Shown here: positions 49,292-57,757 of the stretch, one piece after another
Layout: each line of letters begins with the position of its first letter
Numbering within the stretch: the stretch's first letter is position 1
Position numbers and translations under genes: made by a program
Assembly: GCA_963692865.2 (NCBI GenBank)
Contig: OY843592.1
Coordinates: 3,424,001-3,488,000 of the forward strand
Reading direction: 5' to 3'
DNA: 64,000 nt
From: a bacterium
GTDB taxonomy: Bacteria; UBA8248
Notes under the pieces: generated by a model
Seen by the model: the letters and a program-made list of their open reading frames with translations, nothing else
Told to the model about the DNA's origin: nothing
Database searches by the model: none

Positions 49292-51666
49292 ATTGTGCTC
49301 TCCTGATGTTTGTCGTCGGGTTCAAATTCGATGGCGTCTTGATCGTATTCCACGGCTTCATCGAACAGGCTGCGATCGCAAAGTTTGACCGAAATTGGTA
49401 GACGCATCGCACCTTCCGGCCGGGTCCAAGTCAGACAACTGAGTGAAAAAACATCTGATAGGCATTGTTCCATCGACATAGCGCCAGCCGCCCGGCGGAT
49501 ATGTAGAGGGTTGGATGTGCCTGGAATTTGGAAGGGACGCCCAGTGGTGCAGACGTAGCCTTCGTTTGGAGCGGTAAGTGTCCAATGACCGACCATCGGA
49601 TTTTCGACCCAGAGCCCTTGCCCGTTTCTTGATGGTTTCACATCGAATAGCCGAAGCGGCACAGGTGCGGACTTGGATATCTCGACAACCGTGAGGTGCC
49701 AATCCTTTTCGAGATAACCGTCTTTTGCAAGACGTTCGCATGCCTCATTGAGACCTTCGACTTCCGCCGGCCAAGCGCGTCCATCTCGATGGACGACAAT
49801 CTGTTTCGGGCGTCGCTTGAAATTGGGTCCTTCCTTACACATGAGATCAATCACGAATTTTTCAACTTGGGTTTTAAGTAATTGCTCCTTCTGACGCGAT
49901 GGGCTCATGGTAAATCTGATAATCTTTCCACCATCGGCAATCAGAGTGAAGGCTGCGGTGTTATTCTTGACGTCAATCCCGATCACCACCTCCGCATATA
50001 ATGGTTTATCCAGGATGAACGGCCATTTCCCATTGGTGAGTAGAATCTTATTGAGCGCGACATTGCGTAGATAACCGGAGAAACGCTTGCGCTGGGTATC
50101 CTTTACGACGTAACGAGTCTCGCCCTTTCGCGTCACGCTCGTGTAGGTTTTCTTTGCCATATCCGTGTGGATTACAGCTGCGTTGAGTCCGAACTGAAGT
50201 GGAAACTCCTTCACCGTCCATGCTGCCAATTGATCGGCCGACCTTGGGCGACGCTCATAGCGGTGTACCATCACAAGCGCATATCCCGGTTTGACGTGGG
50301 TTGCGCATTCTACAGCCTTTTGAATCGCACGGGACTGTCCAACAAAATCCCGGCGATGATTGAGGTCGTCATAAGGAATCACTATAGGATCGTAGCTCCC
50401 GCCTTTGGGATAGAGGTCATCCACGTGCGATTTGAGGTCCATGAGAAACTGTGAACCATAGCTATTCATAACACTCTTGGGCAGCACGAGATATTGCCGA
50501 TCAAGGAGACTCTGCTCAAAAAACCCCGCATCTTTATCTTTCAAGAGACTCAATCTTCTTCGTCCATAATCTTTGAAGGCAACCGGCGCAATGCGCTGGT
50601 TCTTTTCAAACGACAGTGTCACGTCGTTGCCGAACCGCAGGGCGGGCAAAGAGAACGGCTTCGTTCTTGTCCGCCCCATCCGATCCGAAACCGAGAGAGT
50701 GACGTCACCGACCGGCACCTGACTTAGAAACATTTTAACGAGGCGCTTAATCTGACGGTGTCGACTATTGGGATCGATAACGGTCTTGGATTGATACTTA
50801 GCTCCCTCTTGGCCATGTGTGTCTTCAACTAGATAGCAAAGCTCTGCCGGGGCTGATCGTTGCTCCGGCCCATTGGTTCTATAGTAAATTGCGGCACCGT
50901 CCGGTGAGAGGTTCGCAATCGAGGCCGGCACGGGTTTCGGAGACTTTGTTTGCAGATAGTCCATCAAACTGACTGGTTTTCCTTCAAGTGGAATCGAAGG
51001 TTCGTTGACCCTCATATCAGCGAGCCCGGTGAGAGTGACCTCGAACCAACTATGACCCATTTTGTAGACGCATGAGCGGCCTTTTAGTTTGTTGATCTGT
51101 TCGCGCGTAGAGGAAACTGGGAGCGGCGATCTTGAGACAAGTTTCCGGCGAAGATCGACGTTGAGTCCGAACCCACCTTCCGGGTGTGTCATGACGCGTA
51201 TGGCGAAGCCCCCATAGAGGTCGACTACGCCGAATTGTTGCTCCGGTTTCTTGAAGAAAAATGGCTTACCTGCACCGGGCTGCCAGAGGCGCGAATCCTG
51301 AAAGAGCGGATCCTGAAAGATGAACTGGAGAAAACGCAGTCGAACAGGATCAAGTTCCGAGCGGTCTGGGCTGAAATCAAGCTCGACTTCATTTCCAGTG
51401 TCTTTTAATGAGGCGACGGTACCAACAAGCATGACATGATCTGGGGGGTCTCCGTAACCGGTTGGAACGACCAAAAGGGTCTCGCCCTCTATGTCCTGGG
51501 TCGTAACCGGCGCTTTCATGTTAAAGCTCAACCGGCGGACAAGCCGTTGCACATTACTATAGTATTCTGGAGTATCTCGTTGTAGACCAGCGATCTTGTA
51601 CAGTCGATATGTGGTACTTAATGCGTTTAAGCCGTCAATACGAAAGCAATTCGTTTCAATGGGCAT
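49288..51666 (-). CDS. ago: Long prokaryotic Argonaute with predicted intact DEDD tetrad
   Basis: About 790 aa; PIWI motifs IGIDV, KEQ, VHRDGR, EISK, GT..P, LPISVKLCD. Confidence 0.9.
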   Translation of the reverse strand: MPIETNCFRIDGLNALSTTYRLYKIAGLQRDTPEYYSNVQRLVRRLSFNMKAPVTTQDIEGETLLVVPTGYGDPPDHVMLVGTVASLKDTGNEVELDFSPDRSELDPVRLRFLQFIFQDPLFQDSRLWQPGAGKPFFFKKPEQQFGVVDLYGGFAIRVMTHPEGGFGLNVDLRRKLVSRSPLPVSSTREQINKLKGRSCVYKMGHSWFEVTLTGLADMRVNEPSIPLEGKPVSLMDYLQTKSPKPVPASIANLSPDGAAIYYRTNGPEQRSAPAELCYLVEDTHGQEGAKYQSKTVIDPNSRHRQIKRLVKMFLSQVPVGDVTLSVSDRMGRTRTKPFSLPALRFGNDVTLSFEKNQRIAPVAFKDYGRRRLSLLKDKDAGFFEQSLLDRQYLVLPKSVMNSYGSQFLMDLKSHVDDLYPKGGSYDPIVIPYDDLNHRRDFVGQSRAIQKAVECATHVKPGYALVMVHRYERRPRSADQLAAWTVKEFPLQFGLNAAVIHTDMAKKTYTSVTRKGETRYVVKDTQRKRFSGYLRNVALNKILLTNGKWPFILDKPLYAEVVIGIDVKNNTAAFTLIADGGKIIRFTMSPSRQKEQLLKTQVEKFVIDLMCKEGPNFKRRPKQIVVHRDGRAWPAEVEGLNEACERLAKDGYLEKDWHLTVVEISKSAPVPLRLFDVKPSRNGQGLWVENPMVGHWTLTAPNEGYVCTTGRPFQIPGTSNPLHIRRAAGAMSMEQCLSDVFSLSCLTWTRPEGAMRLPISVKLCDRSLFDEAVEYDQDAIEFEPDDKHQESTI

Positions 51667-52597
51667 GAGACTCCTCCCAGCAAATGCCGCGGAATGCACA
51701 GCGTTGGCAGGTTTCTGCGTGGACGGCGGACCGAAAATCACTAACACATAGATCGGTGTATTTGCTGCCTTCGGTCAAACAGGCAATTTCATAGGCAGAG
51801 CTAAGCATATATTCCTCTGCCTCTATGATTTGTTCTTTCTCAAGTGAGTGTTTCCTTACGACGTTAGTCAGGAGTTGGACTTCATAGAGCGCTGACTCTT
51901 GAGGTTGCATTTCAAAGCCACTTGGAAAATCTTTATGCGGCTTACAACGGCTGAGCGCGATGGCGTAGATTGCTAATTGTAGCCAGGCATCATTCGTGCC
52001 GAACGCATGAACTTTCCAGTCAATGATCGCTGGTGGAGCATCGTCCCGAAACGCAATCGCGTCTGGATAGGCGAGTACCGTCACGTCGTCCATTAACGTG
52101 AACTGAAGCGCACGCTGTGTGACGATGTAATCGGATGAAGCGAAGATGCATTTGATAGCGTCTGATGTAAATAGGTTAACCAGAGCTGTTTCAATCTCAC
52201 ACCATGCCTGCTCGATTTCATTCTCTGGAAGTTCGCCTTTGTATTCCATGGCGTGAAAGACTGCGAAATCATCTCCCTCCTTAGATACCTGCAGACTTAA
52301 ATCGTTGATTGGATGCCGCTTGGCATAGACTAGCTGCCGGTCGAATAAGGCACGGGCGCGAGTCTTTGCGTCTTTCAGTGTGATACGTAAGTCGCGGTTG
52401 AGATTCGGTATGAGCGTATTTGATATCACGGTATCGACGATTCTGCCGCGCCAAGCGCTGATACTTTGAAGTTTACCGAGTAAGTAGGCACGCTTTCGGA
52501 ATGAATCCTTAGCCTTTGGGCTTGCGGCGATGTTTTTGAAAAACCATTGCCGCTGACACTTCCGAAACGAGCGGCTTGCTGAATATGACCACCGCAT
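51656..52597 (-). CDS. Cas4/RecB-like PD-(D/E)xK nuclease with a four-Cys Fe-S staple
   Basis: SYS....KCQRQW, YPD, IIDWK, QLAIY, CQRCAFRGIC. Confidence 0.88.
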   Translation of the reverse strand: MRWSYSASRSFRKCQRQWFFKNIAASPKAKDSFRKRAYLLGKLQSISAWRGRIVDTVISNTLIPNLNRDLRITLKDAKTRARALFDRQLVYAKRHPINDLSLQVSKEGDDFAVFHAMEYKGELPENEIEQAWCEIETALVNLFTSDAIKCIFASSDYIVTQRALQFTLMDDVTVLAYPDAIAFRDDAPPAIIDWKVHAFGTNDAWLQLAIYAIALSRCKPHKDFPSGFEMQPQESALYEVQLLTNVVRKHSLEKEQIIEAEEYMLSSAYEIACLTEGSKYTDLCVSDFRSAVHAETCQRCAFRGICWEESHAH

Positions 52598-52956
52598 TAT
52601 TGCCTCCGCCTTCGCGACCGGATGAACTGCAGATATTCCACAAGCGCTTCCTCTTCTTCAGCTGTGACTGCACCAATGCGAGCGGCGAGAGTGTCAATAG
52701 TGAAGCGATGTTCGGCAGATTGAGCTACCGGGACCGGATAACCGGCAAGTTCCATCAAAAGCTCATAAGGTACGCGATATATCTCCGATAGCTTGTATAA
52801 ATTCTGTGGTGCTGGGGTTTTTATTTTCCCGTGCTCCAACTGGCTCAAATAGGCGCTTGATATCCCTGTTTCTTCTTCTACGGCCCGTAACGTAAGCTCT
52901 AGCTTGTTTCTTGTTGAGACCAGAAAGATTCCGAGTTTGTCTTTGGATTCTGACAT
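52597..52956 (-). CDS. XRE-family HTH repressor (CapH-like)
   Basis: LTLRAVEEETGISSAYLSQLEHG; C-terminal EEEEALVEYLQFIRSRRRR; TAATG overlap with the nuclease. Confidence 0.88.
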   Translation of the reverse strand: MSESKDKLGIFLVSTRNKLELTLRAVEEETGISSAYLSQLEHGKIKTPAPQNLYKLSEIYRVPYELLMELAGYPVPVAQSAEHRFTIDTLAARIGAVTAEEEEALVEYLQFIRSRRRRQ

Positions 52957-52963
52957 AATGCTA

Positions 52964-52992
52964 AATATATTTATTGTTGCTAAATTTGTCAA
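52964..52992 (-). promoter_or_regulatory. Sigma70 promoter of the Argonaute operon, probably leaderless
   Basis: TTGACA-17-TATATT, then 7 nt to ATG at 52956 with no SD. Confidence 0.75.
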
Positions 52993-53078
52993 GCAAATTT
53001 TTGACTCCCACCTGAGAGTTCCTCTATCCGGTTATTCCTTTTGATTTCGTTTGGATGGGGACTTGTGTCGGTATCTTG

Positions 53079-53138
53079 CCGATTCCGGGAGTCAATCAAC
53101 GAATCCTGTGCTAGATGCACATACCGGGCCATGGTCTC
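53079..53138 (-). pseudogene. Eroded relic of an integrase 3' end
   Basis: Translates ETMARYVHLAQDSLIDSRNR versus ETTARYAHLARDSVRESAER in integrase 2 (12/20 identical). Confidence 0.55.
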
Positions 53139-53432
53139 GCCATTATTTAATCAAGTAACGGTCAAGTTCTTTTCCTTCGCCCACCACGGCACATATCACA
53201 TCAACCTTGGACCGATGGGATCGTTAAGCATGACAATACCTTCATCATTAGTTCCTGCGACCGGCCGCAAAACCTGCGCGCTGTTGTGTGTCTCGATACA
53301 AAATCGTCCGCACACACCTGGGGTGTGTGTGCTCGAAAGAACGAGGAATTGGCTTCAGGTTCGGGTACTAGGTAAGCACCAGAACAGTGGTTATGAGAAT
53401 TAATTGCGCAAAGGATTTAAAAATGATACTTT

Positions 53433-54242
53433 ATGCGCATGAAAATAAAATCACATCGCCTACATGCCAAAGATTATATCAGAGACCTTCTTGCTGCCGG
53501 GCGCTATCATTTTACTTCGAGTGACGCTCGCAAGGCGCTTGGCGTGTCTGCGGACGCCGCCAAACTTGCTCTGAACCGCCTAGCCCGGCAGAATATAATC
53601 GCTCAGCCCGCCCGGGGTTTCTACGTCATTGTCCCGCCAGAATACCGCTCTCTGGAATGTCTGCCTGCGGATCAGTTCATCCCCGCATTGATGCAGCGGC
53701 TCGGGCAGCCCTACTATTCCGGGTTGCTTTCCGCCGCACAATACTACGGTGCGGCTCATCATCGACCGCAGGAATTCCAGGTGTTGCTCGTTAAGGCACG
53801 CCGGCCGATCCATTGCGGCCGGGTGCGCGTGATCTTCATCGTCCGCAAGCGCCTCTGGAATGTCTCCGTGCAAACCTTCAACACCCCTCGCGGCACGATC
53901 CGGGTCTCTACACCGGAAGCAACGGCCGTGGACCTCGTCGGCTATTACCACCACGTGGGTGGGCTCGACCAGGTGGCGACCATCCTCTCCGAACTTGAAG
54001 AGCAGATCGATCCGGAAAAATTGGTGACGGCCGCGCAGAACGCGCCGATTACGTGGGCGCAGAGGCTTGGATACCTGCTTGAGCTTGTCAATGCCCACGA
54101 ACAGATCGTTCCTCTGAAAGCCTATGTCAAGAATGAAGCCCGGCGAACGGTTCCGCTTTTCCCAGCTACATCATCCGAAGAAGCGCCTCGCGATGCGAAC
54201 TGGAAACTTTTCATCAACGCCGACGTGGAGCCGGACCTATGA
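53433..54242 (+). CDS. abiEi: Type IV TA antitoxin, AbiEi family
   Basis: wHTH N-terminus, GFYVIVPPEY, LLSAAQYYGA, STPEATAVD, QRLGY. Confidence 0.88.
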   Translation: MRMKIKSHRLHAKDYIRDLLAAGRYHFTSSDARKALGVSADAAKLALNRLARQNIIAQPARGFYVIVPPEYRSLECLPADQFIPALMQRLGQPYYSGLLSAAQYYGAAHHRPQEFQVLLVKARRPIHCGRVRVIFIVRKRLWNVSVQTFNTPRGTIRVSTPEATAVDLVGYYHHVGGLDQVATILSELEEQIDPEKLVTAAQNAPITWAQRLGYLLELVNAHEQIVPLKAYVKNEARRTVPLFPATSSEEAPRDANWKLFINADVEPDL

Positions 54243-55060
54243 TCCCGCGCGACTATATCACTGAGTGGAGGGCGCAGGTGCCGTGGGTGCAGGATTTCCA
54301 GGTCGAGCAGGATCTCGTCATCAGCCGGGCGTTGATTGCGATTTTCAATCACCCGCTCCTCAAAGAAGTGCTGGCCTTCCGAGGCGGTACGGCGCTTTAC
54401 AAACTCCACATTCATCCTCCGGCACGCTATTCGGAGGACATCGACCTTGTACAGCTCAGGGCCGAGCCAGCCGGGCCGATGATGAACGCGGTTCGGGAAG
54501 TGCTCGATCCCTGGCTTGGGAAACCGCAATACAAACAGACCGAAGGACGAGTGACCTTCAGTTATCGCTTCCAATCCGAGGATGTGCCGCCTCTTCAACT
54601 CCGACTGAAAGTGGAAATCAATTCGCGGGAACACTTTGCGGTCTACGGATACACGCGCCTGCCGTTCACAGTCTCTTCACGCTGGTTCGAGGGTAGTAGC
54701 GAGATCGCTACTTACGCGCTTGAGGAGTTGCTAGCCACCAAACTCCGCGCCCTCTATCAACGTCGTAAAGGCCGCGACCTTTTTGACCTTGCGGTCGCAC
54801 TTGAGGAATCGGTGATCGATCCGGATCGGGTCATTTTAGCGTTTTCGAAATATATGGAGCGAGGTGGTCACGACGTGACGCGCGCCCGGTTTGAGCAGAA
54901 CATCGAAGCGAAGCTGCGCGACCCACAGTTCAATGCCGATATCGGCCCGCTTCTCGCCACCGGGTTTTCCTGGGACGGCGAAGAGGCTGCGGCAACCGTC
55001 CGTTCCAGACTTATCGCGCGATTGCCAGGCGAGCCATGGAAGGGCGGCAACAGGGCCTAG
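54239..55060 (+). CDS. abiEii: Nucleotidyltransferase toxin, AbiEii family
   Basis: FRGGTAL, RYSEDIDL, K..A..QR.K.RD.FD; ATGA overlap. Confidence 0.9.
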   Translation: MIPRDYITEWRAQVPWVQDFQVEQDLVISRALIAIFNHPLLKEVLAFRGGTALYKLHIHPPARYSEDIDLVQLRAEPAGPMMNAVREVLDPWLGKPQYKQTEGRVTFSYRFQSEDVPPLQLRLKVEINSREHFAVYGYTRLPFTVSSRWFEGSSEIATYALEELLATKLRALYQRRKGRDLFDLAVALEESVIDPDRVILAFSKYMERGGHDVTRARFEQNIEAKLRDPQFNADIGPLLATGFSWDGEEAAATVRSRLIARLPGEPWKGGNRA

Positions 55061-55347
55061 GAAACTTTAATGTAAATACGATGAGAAGATGTAGGAAGAA
55101 GGGCGATGTGGCATGTAATTGCGAGGATGACTACACAATCTTCCAACTCGGAACCGCCAAGCTCCGCAGAAGTTGTAATTGGTCTGATTTCGTTTTGCGA
55201 AGCAAGGACTGAAACGATTTTTGTGAAAATACATGATTCCCAATTTTATTAGCAGTATAGAAGGTTATCACCGCCAATACCCCTCACATCCATAAAGTGC
55301 GAAAACAGGCAACAAAATGTCTTTCAGTGATTAACATTCTGCTTGAA

Positions 55348-56451
55348 TCACTTGATGCTGATGAATCTGGCAAACGACCGATCACTCTGTTCGTATCGTG
55401 AGAGCGGTAACAACTGCTTGGGTCTAAAATCGGAAAGCCATTGAAACAGAAGACAGTGGCTCACTATCATAAGTTTTAGTGACACTTTCCAATGTGGTGC
55501 AAGTTTAGAGTTCATCATTACAGAAGAGTTTGCGCTGAGCGGCATGACCACTCTTTTGGCAGTCAAGGCCCTTACGGGATAGAGCAGGATCAGGATGTTG
55601 TAGGTCGTATCAAACGCTTCAGCGATACACTCGTGCTGCTCGCCGTTCATGTCGGCAATCGGGAGTAAAACGGGTTTTGTCATTTTGCGGCCAATTGGAA
55701 GCACCTGCCATAGAAAATGATCTGGTGTGACTACATCGATAGAAGGTCGCCCGAATTGAGCAAGAAAAGCGGGCGAGGGTTCAATTCGTCGCACAGGCGC
55801 CTGGAACCCGGAACCTTTAATTTTTTCCAGCGGTTCAAGAACAAAAACGACGCACGCTCTCTGGTTGGTTCGGGCAAATTCGCGAGTGGAGGCATAAACC
55901 GAAGCCCCGAATGTCTTGGCGAGTTTGATCGGTGTCTTGATCTCGAATGGACAATCGGCGGCGTATTCGGCAAAGGTGCTGCCTTTGAATAGCACAAACC
56001 GCGCATAGTTGTTGGCTTCACGCTCAAATTGGTCGGCGACCTCGGGCTCTAGAGTCCTTTTGCAGTCCTGGAAGAATTGAAACATCTTGCGATGGGTCGG
56101 CATATCGTGGTGCCCGGTTTCATGGAGCTTGAGAAAGGTCTGTTTTGATTCGACCACGGAATTATCGATATGGATGGCGGCATCACCGGCATCGTAAAGT
56201 CCGAATACCTTGGTTATCGCCGACTTGATACGAACACTCGTGTCGACAGTCTTGGTTTTAAGGTAAGAGAGTAAGGCTACGGGGTCGAAAATGTTAGTGG
56301 GAACAATATGGACCTTTGCCGCGGCAAGAATATCGTCGATCGGGACTGGGAACCGATCCCAGGCTTCCGCGCGGTCGAGAAGTTGTCGGGCTCGCCCCTC
56401 GACCACGCGTAGATCATCCGGGTCGAGAGCGCTGTCATCTGGTTTTGTCAC
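55348..56451 (-). CDS. ImmA/IrrE-family metallopeptidase (CapP-like)
   Basis: FLKLHETGH, EREANNYA, HTH LAKTFGAS, GAF-like C-terminus; overlaps the XRE gene. Confidence 0.85.
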   Translation of the reverse strand: MTKPDDSALDPDDLRVVEGRARQLLDRAEAWDRFPVPIDDILAAAKVHIVPTNIFDPVALLSYLKTKTVDTSVRIKSAITKVFGLYDAGDAAIHIDNSVVESKQTFLKLHETGHHDMPTHRKMFQFFQDCKRTLEPEVADQFEREANNYARFVLFKGSTFAEYAADCPFEIKTPIKLAKTFGASVYASTREFARTNQRACVVFVLEPLEKIKGSGFQAPVRRIEPSPAFLAQFGRPSIDVVTPDHFLWQVLPIGRKMTKPVLLPIADMNGEQHECIAEAFDTTYNILILLYPVRALTAKRVVMPLSANSSVMMNSKLAPHWKVSLKLMIVSHCLLFQWLSDFRPKQLLPLSRYEQSDRSFARFISIK

Positions 56452-56803
56452 GTCTCCGCCTCCTGCTACGTAAGAACTCAAGGTACTCCAGCAACTCGGA
56501 TTCCTCCTCCGGCGTCAAATTGTACTCGGCGAATGTTGCCATCCGGCCGTGTGGGTCATCGTTTGAACGTTTGGCTGACGACATGAGATAGCCGGCCCTG
56601 TCCATGAGGTTCTCGAAGCTGACGGCGTAGGTCTCGGCCAGGGTATGAAGGATGTTGGGCGAGGGTTTTTGGATTTTGTTGTTTTCGATTTGGCTGAGAT
56701 AGGCGTTCGATACCTGCTTGTTGGTTGCTTCCTCGACTTCGCGCAGTGTCATTTTGCGATCTGTACGAATTGAAGCGAGGTATTGTCCTAATGTCAGCTT
56801 CAC
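56435..56803 (-). CDS. XRE-family HTH repressor (CapH-like)
   Basis: MTLREVEE...SNAYLSQIEN; LTPEEESELLEYLEFLRSRRR; GGAGGG then GTG. Confidence 0.9.
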   Translation of the reverse strand: MKLTLGQYLASIRTDRKMTLREVEEATNKQVSNAYLSQIENNKIQKPSPNILHTLAETYAVSFENLMDRAGYLMSSAKRSNDDPHGRMATFAEYNLTPEEESELLEYLEFLRSRRRRRDKTR

Positions 56804-56866
56804 GATGATCCCCTCCATTGCAGGACGGTCAAAGATTCAATCTCCGGAGATGAGCTTGTAGTTAGA

Positions 56867-56946
56867 ATTCTAGTTCCGATTGCTGTCATGGTCAAGCGTG
56901 CTCAATTTATGCTTGACATAAATAGTATGCTATGAAATAATAGCAT
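56867..56946. promoter_or_regulatory. Back-to-back sigma70 promoters with a palindromic operator
   Basis: Minus: TTGACC-17-TAGAAT (56895-56867); plus: TTGACA-17-AATAAT (56913-56941); ATGCTAT-6-ATAGCAT at 56927-56946 overlaps the -10. Confidence 0.75.
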
Positions 56947-56994
56947 CACTCTTGGGCCATGGTGGCGCAGAGATTTTCTGTTTAGGAGAAAACT

Positions 56995-57351
56995 ATGGAA
57001 ATATCGGAAAAACCTGAACTGGTGCAGGACGAGATCGATGAGTCAGGCGTGGAAATTGTCCTTGATGACATTATCGACCTCGAGGAATACGCGAAGCTTG
57101 GGAAACGCCCACCGCTGGCGAAGGGTTATCGCATCAAAATCAATGGTGACTCCTATGTCGTCCACGATCCGACGCCGACGGGCCGTGAGGTGCTGACCCT
57201 CGCCGGTTTGTTACCGGCGAAAGATTATACGCTCCGGGTTAAGCTCGCTGGTGAAAAGCCGAGGAAGGTGGAGCTTGACGAAAAGGTTGATCTCCGTCAC
57301 CGAGGCGTCGAAAAATTCAAGGCGTTGCCGCGAGATCAGACGGAAGGTTAA
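56995..57351 (+). CDS. Multiubiquitin-domain ubiquitin-like protein (BubA-like)
   Basis: Beta-grasp pattern YRIKING...TGREVL.LAG...VDL...GVEKF; ends QTEG. Confidence 0.85.
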   Translation: MEISEKPELVQDEIDESGVEIVLDDIIDLEEYAKLGKRPPLAKGYRIKINGDSYVVHDPTPTGREVLTLAGLLPAKDYTLRVKLAGEKPRKVELDEKVDLRHRGVEKFKALPRDQTEG

Positions 57352-57355
57352 TGCA

Positions 57356-57757
57356 TTGGTCCTTCGTCATCAGTTCGACTTGTTACCGCAAGACGAAGAG
57401 TTCCTGAAGGAGTACGGCCACCCCTGGGAGACCATCATCGATGGCTCCCAATGGGTGCTGATCCACGAGTTCCCAACCCACGAAGGGTACAATCACCCAT
57501 GTGTGACGGCGGCAATCCGAATGGAAACGGGATATCCGAACACGGAATTGCAAATGGTCTACTTCTTCCCGGCCTTGGCCCGCAAAGATGCCAAGATGAT
57601 CGGCGCAACCCAGGCTACGCAGACGATTGACGGGAAGAAATATCAACGCTGGTCGCGTCACCGTACTCCAGAAAATCCGTGGAGAGTCGGTCTCGACTTT
57701 TTGGACACGCATGTCATTCTGATTGAGGATTGGCTCGCACGGGAGTTTGAGAAATGA
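57356..57757 (+). CDS. Prokaryotic E2/UBC-like protein (BubB-like, Ser at predicted active site)
   Basis: D.EFL..Y...WE, GYN, GYP...L.M.YF.P, QRWSRH; start tentative (TTG 57356). Confidence 0.8.
   Translation: MVLRHQFDLLPQDEEFLKEYGHPWETIIDGSQWVLIHEFPTHEGYNHPCVTAAIRMETGYPNTELQMVYFFPALARKDAKMIGATQATQTIDGKKYQRWSRHRTPENPWRVGLDFLDTHVILIEDWLAREFEK

Noticed and set aside
49288-51666. Inactive long-B or short pAgo
   Set aside because: Full length with all four acidic catalytic positions apparently present; no APAZ/SIR2/TIR partner.
53041-53403. 120-aa plus-strand ORF between the Argonaute promoter and abiEi
   Set aside because: TTG start, no family motif, atypical composition, overlaps an integrase relic on the other strand.
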